From: a virus
Direction: 5' to 3' (one strand)
IMG/VR virus record: IMGVR_UViG_3300045988_144274
Coordinates: 1-64,000 of that record
DNA: 64,000 nucleotides
A model generated the notes under the pieces. The model did not search any database. It had not been told where the DNA came from and saw only the letters and a list, made by a program, of their open reading frames with translations. The translations under genes and the position numbers were made by a program. Positions 55,427 through 62,662 of the stretch are shown piece by piece (the stretch's first letter is position 1; each line of letters begins with the position of its first letter).

Positions 55427-55720
55427 TTATTGATTAAATACTATAATAATATCACCATTAATTAAAATAGATTCATAATTAGGGATACAAACATCTTTTA
55501 TAAAGATACAATTTGTCTTTTTCAATTTATATAAATATTCATCTAATAAATCTTGTTTCTTAATAGGAACATTCACTACTAGACAAATATCTTCATCGTT
55601 TCCGTTAATTGTTGTAATAAAAGCACCATCACTAGCGTTAATTGTTAATGTCTTAGGATTATTTGTCGTTTGAGAATCAAACACTAAGGTAATTTTATTT
55701 GTTTTCATATCATTATTCAA
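55427..55720 (-). CDS. Hypothetical protein
   Basis: Operon context. Confidence 0.45.
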   Translation of the reverse strand: MNNDMKTNKITLVFDSQTTNNPKTLTINASDGAFITTINGNDEDICLVVNVPIKKQDLLDEYLYKLKKTNCIFIKDVCIPNYESILINGDIIIVFNQ

Positions 55721-55916
55721 TTACATACATTAATAAACCATCTTTTGCTTTTATTTCTACCAATATTTCTTTGCAATTTAATCTCTTTTTTAGAAATTCT
55801 AAGGTGCTTGTTCTAGCAAAGCAATTCTTTGTGGAAACATACATAACTTCCCCATTACTTTCAATAGAAACTATTCCTTTGATATACTTTCTAATAATAT
55901 CTTCTTTGCTTTCCAT
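55713..55916 (-). CDS. Hypothetical protein
   Basis: Operon context. Confidence 0.45.
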   Translation of the reverse strand: MESKEDIIRKYIKGIVSIESNGEVMYVSTKNCFARTSTLEFLKKRLNCKEILVEIKAKDGLLMYVIE

Positions 55917-55919
55917 AAC

Positions 55920-56123
55920 TTAAATGTTTAATAATTCACTTTCTTTAATTCTTAACTCCAATGTTTTAGGGTATCTCATCTTCACATCTATAAATTCAAC
56001 GACATAAAGATTATTTCCCTTGACTCCAAACATATCCTTTATAGTATGATATGCTTTGAACTGATACCTTTCATCAGGATATTTATTCCTGAAATAATTC
56101 TCTATTAAAATTCTTTTGCTCAT
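55920..56123 (-). CDS. Hypothetical protein
   Basis: Operon context. Confidence 0.45.
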   Translation of the reverse strand: MSKRILIENYFRNKYPDERYQFKAYHTIKDMFGVKGNNLYVVEFIDVKMRYPKTLELRIKESELLNI

Positions 56124-56154
56124 AGCTTTATATAAATTTAATATTATCTCGTTT

Positions 56155-56889
56155 TTACTTCATTATCTTTTTAAGTTTCCGATACATTGCAGCAGCACGA
56201 ACTGAATTATATTCCATTCCTGTAGCTGTCTTTTGATTCAGATTATTCAATTTTTGTGCAATATCTCCCCAAATTTCGTAGTTTCTAGGCTCTCCCTTAT
56301 CTTTTATCCAATCAGTAATGAAAGCCCAAAAAAACACATTACTTTCATTAACACGTGCATTTTCTCGCCTTTTGTTTGCGGACTCATCGTGCATCTTATT
56401 TATTGAAACTATTCTATCTGTAGAACTATTCTTTCCCCACAATTCTTTTGTTCCTCCTGTTTGCTCATTACGTTTTTTCTTTGCTGCTAAAGCCGCTTTT
56501 GTACGTATGCTAACCAACAATGCTTCTCTTTCAGCCAAACTGAAGAATAATGTCAAAGTAAATTTGTCACTATTAGGTAAATCACAAAAAACAATATTGT
56601 TTTCACCAATTTCCGCTAATACTTGTAGTGCCTCTAATGTATTACGGAAACGATCGCACTTAGCAATAATCAATTTAGCATTTTCTTTCTTTGCGTGTTC
56701 AATCGCTTTCCGTAATTCCGTACATTTAGACAATTCCGTTCCGGTATAAATTTCTTCATAGTCCGCCAACAACAAACCGTTATCTTTTTCTATGAAGTAA
56801 TTTATAATGTCTTTTTGTGCCTCAAGTCCTAAACCAGATCGACCTTGTTTTTGCGTTGACACCCTACGCCAAGAAATATACTTATTCAT
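56155..56889 (-). CDS. Small serine recombinase (resolvase/invertase family)
   Basis: N-terminal YISWRRVSTQKQ (catalytic Ser), LIIAKCDRFRNT, E-helix-like AEREALLVSIRTKAALAAKK, C-terminal helical/HTH-like region. At 244 aa it is too small for a large serine integrase. Confidence 0.8.
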   Translation of the reverse strand: MNKYISWRRVSTQKQGRSGLGLEAQKDIINYFIEKDNGLLLADYEEIYTGTELSKCTELRKAIEHAKKENAKLIIAKCDRFRNTLEALQVLAEIGENNIVFCDLPNSDKFTLTLFFSLAEREALLVSIRTKAALAAKKKRNEQTGGTKELWGKNSSTDRIVSINKMHDESANKRRENARVNESNVFFWAFITDWIKDKGEPRNYEIWGDIAQKLNNLNQKTATGMEYNSVRAAAMYRKLKKIMK

Positions 56890-56981
56890 ATTACTATTTT
56901 TTAGTTAGCCCTTCAAATACAGTACATCCACCCCAAATAATCAAACATATTATAAACAACATTTTTTACTCCTTTCTTTAT

Positions 56982-57185
56982 TTAAAGACCATTATCAATA
57001 GCCTTGTCGACACTCATAAATGAGAATATTTTTGAATTTATTTCATGTAAATTCATTCTATATTTGGCTTTTCTCATTTCGTAATAACTTTTAAAACCTT
57101 TCGTTATTTCCGGCTTATTGGCAAAATTAGTGATTTCAACCAATACATGTGTATATCCATTCTCTTTGTAATCTTTTGCTTTCAT
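56982..57185 (-). CDS. Hypothetical protein
   Basis: Operon context. Confidence 0.45.
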   Translation of the reverse strand: MKAKDYKENGYTHVLVEITNFANKPEITKGFKSYYEMRKAKYRMNLHEINSKIFSFMSVDKAIDNGL

Positions 57186-57189
57186 ATTA

Positions 57190-57357
57190 TCACTTTTTAT
57201 TAATATGTTTATTACTTTTCTTTAATAATAACTCCCTTTGAATTTCATTCGCTGCAAGTCCTTCCAGTTCTTTTTCAAAAGATTCATTAAAAATACCTCT
57301 TTGATATTTTGACTGATTAGGAATGAAATTTATTGGATCAAACTTTTTCTTTTTCAT
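57190..57357 (-). CDS. Small basic protein (55 aa, below the track cutoff)
   Basis: MKKKKFDPINFIPNQ... The frame was checked. ATGA overlap with the upstream gene. Confidence 0.4.
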   Translation of the reverse strand: MKKKKFDPINFIPNQSKYQRGIFNESFEKELEGLAANEIQRELLLKKSNKHINKK

Positions 57358-57698
57358 AGTATTTCATTTAATTCTTTTATAATTTCTTCCTTTGTAGCGT
57401 AATCTCGTAAACCTAACAACTTTATCATATATCTTCGGTCTACTTGATCAGGAAACAAATATTCCGAATAAGTTTTAACTATATCCTTTAAAATGATTTC
57501 CGGCTTGTCGTAACTTTCTATCAAGCTGTCGATTAAATGCCCTTTTTCTCCTCTAGCGTCCCACTGATTTACAATTTCATTTGTAGAAAGATTTTCAAAA
57601 GTAAAATACCCTTCTTCGATTTCGTGAACATCACGTACAATCTTTCTACATAGTTCCGGGTATCCATCAATTTGAGATATTATACCGTTATTAATCAT
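57354..57698 (-). CDS. Hypothetical protein
   Basis: 114-aa ORF. Confidence 0.5.
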   Translation of the reverse strand: MINNGIISQIDGYPELCRKIVRDVHEIEEGYFTFENLSTNEIVNQWDARGEKGHLIDSLIESYDKPEIILKDIVKTYSEYLFPDQVDRRYMIKLLGLRDYATKEEIIKELNEIL

Positions 57699-57744
57699 TT
57701 CTTTAAATGACTCTATTTGCTTTTCTGTATACTTTTTTCATAAC

Positions 57745-57894
57745 TCATTCCTCCATTAATTTTACTTTGAGTACTTTCAAGCCGTTTGTAAGTTGCTTTT
57801 CTATTATCTCTTTTGCTTCTTTTTCGTCATTGGCTAATACACCTATATAATAACAAATATTTCCTAGTCCGTAATATACAATATATTCTTTCAT
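57745..57894 (-). CDS. Small hypothetical protein (49 aa)
   Basis: MKEYIVYYGLGN... The frame was checked. Confidence 0.35.
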   Translation of the reverse strand: MKEYIVYYGLGNICYYIGVLANDEKEAKEIIEKQLTNGLKVLKVKLMEE

Positions 57895-57898
57895 AATA

Positions 57899-58123
57899 TT
57901 ATTCTTTAACCGCTACTTTTATACCGTTATGTATTAACTTTACTAAAATACTATCTAACAATTCCCAAGAAAAACACAATATACCGTTTTTATTTAATTT
58001 AATATCTAAAATTTCCTTAGCTATAATTGCATCACTTTCATATATTTGTCCCAAATTATTCTTTTTTATAATTATTAAATAATCGGGGTGTGATTTCTTT
58101 ATTCGTTTAAATATCTCTTTCAT
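57899..58123 (-). CDS. Stand-alone MutS domain I-like protein (74 aa)
   Basis: HPDYLIIIKK..LGQIYESDAIIAKEILDIKL....LDSILVKLIHNGIKVAVKE parallels MutS HP..LLF.R.GDFYE.F..DA......L.I.LT...Y...L...G.KVAI.EQ (aligned from memory). Confidence 0.45.
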   Translation of the reverse strand: MKEIFKRIKKSHPDYLIIIKKNNLGQIYESDAIIAKEILDIKLNKNGILCFSWELLDSILVKLIHNGIKVAVKE

Positions 58124-58232
58124 GGCTTTAATATTTTAAATTGTTTAATATAAACATTCTTCTTTCTATTCTTTTGCGTTCTTTCTCTGAATAATATACT
58201 TTGTTATTCATCACCGTACAAACGAATTCTAT

Positions 58233-58240
58233 TCTTTTAT
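58233..58240. repeat. Left 8-bp target-site duplication TCTTTTAT
   Basis: Identical to 62895-62902, and immediately outside the terminal inverted repeats. Confidence 0.8.
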
Positions 58241-58256
58241 GGCACTTATATACGAC
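58241..58256. repeat. Left terminal inverted repeat core (16 bp perfect)
   Basis: ggcacttatatacgac. The reverse complement is found at 62879-62894. Confidence 0.85.
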
Positions 58257-58316
58257 TCAACACCTAGCCTTGTGCCATAACTTTTAGTTATAACTTTGTT
58301 AATCTTTATGAGAGTA

Positions 58317-59181
58317 TCATTTTCTGATACTCTCTATTTTATTTGTAAATTCAGAAATGTCTTTTCCTTCTAGTTCTAAAGTCTCTTTGACCTCTGCTAG
58401 AACTTTTGGTAAATATTCTAATGAAAGTGGATCTTTCTTCCCTAAATATTTGGCAGCATAAACAGGTAGCCAAACTCCATGTACAAACTCTATAAATATA
58501 TGAAGCATTTCATTTGGATACATATTTGCAGGGAACTCATACCCATTAGGAAACTTGTGTTTATAGTTTCTTTTATTGTTCAGCATTTCAGGATATTTAT
58601 CTTCTAAATAGGCGACAAAACGCCTTCCCACTGAATTATCTGGGCGAATCTCCTTATCATCAATACCTTTATTAGGTATAACATATCCATGATATTCAAA
58701 TAATCGGTTTAATGTTAAATATAATTGAGATACAACAGAAAAATAAGTTATTGGTGTTCGTTTATCATTTTCTTTAAATCTAGTGAGAAAATTAGGTTCT
58801 TCTTTCCTATTAATTTTGCCATAATATCCTTTCTCCCGAATAGAAGGAATCACTTCATCAAATATCCATGATTCAAATCTTTCAGCAGATGGGAGTTTAG
58901 AACGAATAATTAAGCGGTAAACATCTCCTTCGGGTATAAAATTCATATTTACTCCACCTATGCCATTGGCATGAGCAACATAGCATTTCTCTATATTGCC
59001 TGATTTACAATGAGTTGTAACAGCTTCTGCGGGGTTTTCATATCCTAACATTTTCGCTACATCGGATGCACAAAAAAAGTATTTTACCATCTTCCTTTTC
59101 GATAGTTCTCAATTCGTTAAATTGAGATTCTTCTTCCGATTCATATTTGAATATCTCAAATTGATAATTAATATTTTCCAT
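58317..59181 (-). pseudogene. Bro-N domain protein gene split by a 1-nt frameshift in a homopolymer
   Basis: Fragment 59181->59038 encodes MENINYQFEIFKYES..NELRTIEKEDGKI. The ORF 59090->58317 continues YFFCASDVAKMLGYENP. Together they rebuild a canonical Bro-N. The shift lies in A4 (59082-85) or T7 (59072-78). Confidence 0.6.
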
Positions 59182-59274
59182 ATTTTCTTCATTTATACTT
59201 ATAAATAAAAAAGCTCTTTCTAGTTGGTGTTAACTGGAAAGAGCATGTTTCTTTTTCGACTGCTAAGATAGCAA

Positions 59275-59472
59275 TTATTTTTCAATCTTCCAATTTATTT
59301 TTGTATAAAGTGAAATAAAGAAGAAGCCTATCAGGCACATAGATACTATATCTGTTACCATAGATATAATTGGTGAAATTTTAGTGATTAGACAAATAAT
59401 CGCCATGATTGCTTTTAATAGGCATCCTATAAATGCTATTAAAGATGCTGTTTTGAAATTTGTTATTCTCAT
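59275..59472 (-). CDS. Small two-TM membrane protein
   Basis: 65 aa, hydrophobic. Confidence 0.5.
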   Translation of the reverse strand: MRITNFKTASLIAFIGCLLKAIMAIICLITKISPIISMVTDIVSMCLIGFFFISLYTKINWKIEK

Positions 59473-59501
59473 TTTATTGGGTTATTAATTTACTTATAGA
59501 G

Positions 59502-60068
59502 TTATTTCCATTTATCAAGATTTCCTTTCTGTATTTCTTTCTCAAATAAACTATAGGCGTCCCTTGCTTTTTCAGCTGCACTCTTTTTGATTTTAAAATC
59601 AAAATATCCATCAGTAGTATAGATTCTTACAGAAGTCATCAACTTATTTTTGAATACAGATAAATCACCTAATAACAAATACCTTATTCCCCATGAATCC
59701 ATACCTAGTGCTCCTACAGTTCCTTCACCATGTCCTGCTGCATAATCTGATATAGTAAAGATGTGTGTATTATCATCTTCATCAAGGAAAATAACTTTAG
59801 ATTCATTTCTTTTGGCTATATATACATTTATTGACATCCATTTCATCAACATCATATCTAACCCATTCTCATGTCCAAAGCATATCCATATAGTTTTCCC
59901 TAATTGTCTCCCCATTATTAATGGTTCAGAAGATATTTTCTCATAAGACGTGTACACAACTTTGTCTTTTGTGAATTTATCAGTTTTGCTAACTTTAATA
60001 CTTTGAGCTTGAATATTGATGCTAAACATCAATAATAATAGAAGTATAATATTCTGTTTCATAATCAT
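59502..60068 (-). CDS. Secreted protein (signal peptide)
   Basis: N-terminal IILLLLLMFSINIQAQS signal-like sequence. Confidence 0.55.
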   Translation of the reverse strand: MIMKQNIILLLLLMFSINIQAQSIKVSKTDKFTKDKVVYTSYEKISSEPLIMGRQLGKTIWICFGHENGLDMMLMKWMSINVYIAKRNESKVIFLDEDDNTHIFTISDYAAGHGEGTVGALGMDSWGIRYLLLGDLSVFKNKLMTSVRIYTTDGYFDFKIKKSAAEKARDAYSLFEKEIQKGNLDKWK

Positions 60069-60445
60069 TTCTTGTTACATTTAAATTTAGTGTATATTGT
60101 TTCATTATTTAAAGTGAACTGTAATTCACAATATTCCCACCATAATTCAGTTACATAACATTTAATGTACTCTTGTTCTCCTACATAAAAAGTTAGATTT
60201 CTTTTGGACAGGTGCCATGTACCTGATACATTTCCTAGATAGCCATTTGTCGAATATGAGCCATCAGGTCTGATTGTTAAAGTAATTTGTAAACTTGGAT
60301 TTTTAGAAACTCCAACCCATTCTTCATTTTGTTTTATTTGTTGCAATTTCCATGTTCCCATCAAAGCATCTTTATAAAGATTGTCTTTTGCACAACTTGT
60401 GCATAATAGAATAGTGAATACAAAAAACGGCAAATACTTTCTCAT
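60065..60445 (-). CDS. Lipocalin-like lipoprotein
   Basis: Lipobox LLCTSC followed by AKDN. GTWKL motif typical of lipocalin-like domains. Confidence 0.6.
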   Translation of the reverse strand: MRKYLPFFVFTILLCTSCAKDNLYKDALMGTWKLQQIKQNEEWVGVSKNPSLQITLTIRPDGSYSTNGYLGNVSGTWHLSKRNLTFYVGEQEYIKCYVTELWWEYCELQFTLNNETIYTKFKCNKK

Positions 60446-60453
60446 ACACTTGT

Positions 60454-60472
60454 GTTTTATTGGTTAATACTA
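60454..60472. repeat. Inner inverted repeat, left copy (18/19 match to 62444-62462)
   Basis: gttttaTtggttaatacta versus the reverse complement of tagtattaaccaTtaaaac. Ends 8 nt from the ATG of 60065..60445. Confidence 0.8.
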
Positions 60473-60514
60473 AATAATAATGTTTCCATTTAGTTAGCAT
60501 CACCTCACGCATAT

Positions 60515-60725
60515 ATATGAAAAAGGCGTAGAGCTAATGCCTAACGCCATCGAGGGCTACCACACCCTACTCACTTATAGGCAAAAGTCTACGCCAGTAT
60601 ATGGCGTATAAACGCAATACACCCATAAGTGAGTTCCAAAATAGCCTTATTGCTGTCAATGTGGTAGTTCGATGGCGATTAGGCTATAATACGTAAAAAG
60701 CGTACCATCTATTCGATGATACGCT
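60515..60725 (-). promoter_or_regulatory. Highly structured 5' leader (riboswitch-like) of the lipoprotein operon
   Basis: Nested helices: P1 60539-60553 / 60669-60684 (15 bp, 1 bulge), P2 60557-64 / 60660-67, P3 60569-81 / 60623-34, P4 60590-95 / 60603-08. A terminator at 60520-60548 shares its 5' arm with the P1 3' strand. Confidence 0.5.
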
Positions 60726-60726
60726 G

Positions 60727-60757
60727 CAAATATAGATATAAAGTTTGATATTTCAAA
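60727..60757 (-). promoter_or_regulatory. Promoter-like TTTG-N19-TAnnTTTG on the minus strand
   Basis: The plus strand shows CAAATATA at 60727-34 and CAAA at 60754-57, with a 19-nt spacer. Confidence 0.4.
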
Positions 60758-60890
60758 TTAAAGTATTAATTATAGTTACTGATAATCTTCCTTAAAAAAT
60801 AAAGAAAATATTTTTTAATCACGTAATAAATTATACATTTGCATTGACTTTTGGAAAAGGAGCTAATAACACTTACCGTTTTTGCACCTA

Positions 60891-60927
60891 AAAAAAATGA
60901 AACCCAGTATCCTACTACTGGGTTTTT
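60891..60927. terminator. Bidirectional intrinsic terminator
   Basis: 10-bp stem aaacccagta (60900-09) / tactgggttt (60916-25), with A7 upstream and T5 downstream. Confidence 0.7.
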
Positions 60928-60990
60928 GTCTTGTAGTAGGATACAGGACATTAAACAGGCTAAAAGCCAAAAAAGGAAGGAGGTGTTATT

Positions 60991-61128
60991 ATGTCCAATT
61001 CCAAAGTCATCAATGGTAAATTATGCAAGTTGATATTTGCTAAATCTATTATTAGAAATGGTAAAACGATTTATCCAAAGAAATCTAAAGTATTCGCTTT
61101 TTGGATTCCAGTAGAGAAATCGGCTTAA
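60991..61128 (+). CDS. Small basic protein (45 aa) with a strong SD-like leader
   Basis: GGAAGGAGG lies 8 nt upstream of the ATG. The frame was checked to the TAA at 61126-28. Followed by a hairpin. Confidence 0.3.
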   Translation: MSNSKVINGKLCKLIFAKSIIRNGKTIYPKKSKVFAFWIPVEKSA

Positions 61129-61140
61129 TAATTTATCGCT

Positions 61141-61162
61141 ATGGGGTGGTAGGACACCCCAT
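61141..61162 (+). terminator. Hairpin after the small ORF
   Basis: atggggtg / caccccat stem with a weak T-run. Confidence 0.4.
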
Positions 61163-61182
61163 ATTTAATCATAGCATTACCG

Positions 61183-61374
61183 TTACTCCTTCTTCTTTTC
61201 CTCCTTGTCTTTATCTTTCTCATCTTCAACTTGATCCGGTGTTTTCCCTTCCGCAATGTGCGCCATCTTTCGGAGCAGTTCATCGAACTGTTCTTTAGGA
61301 ACAGAAAAGTTAATCTCTAACCTCACTGTTTTAATGTTACTTAGGTCTATTTCTTGTTTCTTTTTCTTTCCCAT
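61183..61374 (-). CDS. Small Lys/Glu/Asp-rich protein downstream of the transposase
   Basis: Starts 3 nt after the transposase stop. Confidence 0.45.
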   Translation of the reverse strand: MGKKKKQEIDLSNIKTVRLEINFSVPKEQFDELLRKMAHIAEGKTPDQVEDEKDKDKEEKKKE

Positions 61375-61376
61375 AA

Positions 61377-62279
61377 CTAAGCTGCATTACGCAAAAGTAA
61401 ATTAAATCTTTGAGAATCGGTAAAATTTCGAGTATTAAATCGGAAAATATATTCGTCAATATACCTCTGCATATATTTTTTGCTTACATGATAGTATATC
61501 CCAAATATCATTCTCTTGAAATGCGACCACACATTTTCGATACCGTTCGTACTAACAACGATTATCTCACCTTCATCTGTTGCATAGGTCGTACCATAGA
61601 AATGTTTTTCATGGTCTACTGACCTTTGTACATACTTCCCATGCAGTCCACTGTAATCCCAACCATCAGTATAAACAACACTACCTAATTCAACTTTTTC
61701 TTTGATAATCGGAACTATAGTTTTAGCTTGTGTATTGGGAACAACTTTGGCAATAACCTTACCACCTCTTTCAAGTATTCCGAATACAGGAACTTTATCC
61801 TTATAACTACGTCCTTGACATTTCTCTACTTTCTTATCCTTATGTCTATTTTTATTCTTCCCACCTACAAACGCTTCATCAATTTCAACCTCACCGGATA
61901 AAGTATGGCTATTCTCCATCTCCATATATTGTCTAATCTTATGGAGCATCTTCCACGCTGTTTTTTGAGTTATACCTAAATCTCTCGCTAATTGACATGA
62001 TGAAACACCTCTCTTATGTGACAAGAATAACATCATAGCATAAAACCATGCTTTCATAGGCAGTTTAGTATTGGCAAATGCAGTACCAGTTTTAACATCA
62101 AAGTATCTTCCAGTATTCTTGCATTTATACTTACCATTACCACATTTATAAACCTTAGAATTGCTGTCATAAGGCGAAATGACTTCATCTCCCCATCGCA
62201 TCTTCTCAAAATATCTGATGCAACTTTCTTCATCAGGAAAGTTTTCAGATAGAGTTAAAAGAGTAAAATCGGTTTTCAT
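61377..62279 (-). CDS. IS1595-family (ISXO2-like) DDE transposase
   Basis: N-terminal zinc ribbon (YKCGNGKYKCKNTGRYFDVKTGTAF) followed by HTH (SSCQLARDLGITQKTAWKMLHKIR), then EVEIDEAFVGGK and YTDGW DDE-domain strings. Confidence 0.85.
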   Translation of the reverse strand: MKTDFTLLTLSENFPDEESCIRYFEKMRWGDEVISPYDSNSKVYKCGNGKYKCKNTGRYFDVKTGTAFANTKLPMKAWFYAMMLFLSHKRGVSSCQLARDLGITQKTAWKMLHKIRQYMEMENSHTLSGEVEIDEAFVGGKNKNRHKDKKVEKCQGRSYKDKVPVFGILERGGKVIAKVVPNTQAKTIVPIIKEKVELGSVVYTDGWDYSGLHGKYVQRSVDHEKHFYGTTYATDEGEIIVVSTNGIENVWSHFKRMIFGIYYHVSKKYMQRYIDEYIFRFNTRNFTDSQRFNLLLRNAA

Positions 62280-62431
62280 AACGTCAAATTTTTAGCTATC
62301 CAAATATACTAAAAATCAACGATATTAGCAAGCCATTTGCAATATATTTTCAAGGAAGTTTTTCGCAAGAATGCTAAAGAACATTCTTATACAACATATA
62401 GAGCAATGTACTGCTTACAAACTATAAACAG

Positions 62432-62439
62432 TACATTTG
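62432..62439 (+). promoter_or_regulatory. TAnnTTTG box upstream of the KTSC gene
   Basis: TACATTTG. No clear TTTG at -33. Confidence 0.3.
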
Positions 62440-62443
62440 CGAC

Positions 62444-62462
62444 TAGTATTAACCATTAAAAC
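62444..62462. repeat. Inner inverted repeat, right copy
   Basis: See 60454-60472. Ends 8 nt from the ATG of 62471..62662. Confidence 0.8.
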
Positions 62463-62470
62463 GACAAAAT

Positions 62471-62662
62471 ATGATACCTATTGCATCCTCTGCATTTCTC
62501 GGAGTAGATTATAATTCCGAAACAAGAGCTTTAACAGTATATTTTAGAGATGGAAGAAATTACACTCATCATGGAGTGCCAGAATCAGTATACAAACAAT
62601 TTCTTAACGCTCCTTCAAAGGGCAAGTTTTACAATCAGTACATAAAAGGGATTTATCAATAG
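62471..62662 (+). CDS. KTSC domain protein
   Basis: GVDYNSETRALTVYFRDGRNYTHHGVPESVYKQFLNAPSKGKFYNQYIK matches the KTSC domain pattern. Confidence 0.7.
   Translation: MIPIASSAFLGVDYNSETRALTVYFRDGRNYTHHGVPESVYKQFLNAPSKGKFYNQYIKGIYQ

Noticed and set aside
56155-56889. Serine recombinase as the phage integrase or as an IS607-type TnpA partner of tnpB
   Set aside because: At 244 aa, with the catalytic domain at the N-terminus, it has neither large-serine-integrase architecture nor the MerR-N-terminal IS607 TnpA layout. It lies 2 kb from tnpB with five ORFs between.
60655-60685. GTTCGAT string suggesting a tRNA T-loop or a tRNA-like element
   Set aside because: The flanking bases do not form a 5-bp T-stem. 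Instead the region pairs over a long range (P1/P2) in the leader.
60766-61033. ORFs 60766..60951 (minus strand) and 60851..61033 (plus strand)
   Set aside because: Both cross the strong bidirectional terminator at 60891-60927 and have poor composition.
61328-61344. Possible third copy of the inner IR (GTTTTAATGTTACTTAG) just downstream of the transposase, which would define a ~1.1-kb canonical IS with 62444-62462
   Set aside because: Only a 9-mer plus gapped matches are shared, there is no target-site duplication, and it lies inside a small ORF. It is too weak to call.
62404-62441. Hairpin with TGTACT/AGTACA arms upstream of the transposase, as a further TAGTACAC-type operator
   Set aside because: Only the hexamer core is shared, and ~30 such hexamers are expected by chance. 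The site also lies inside foreign transposon DNA.
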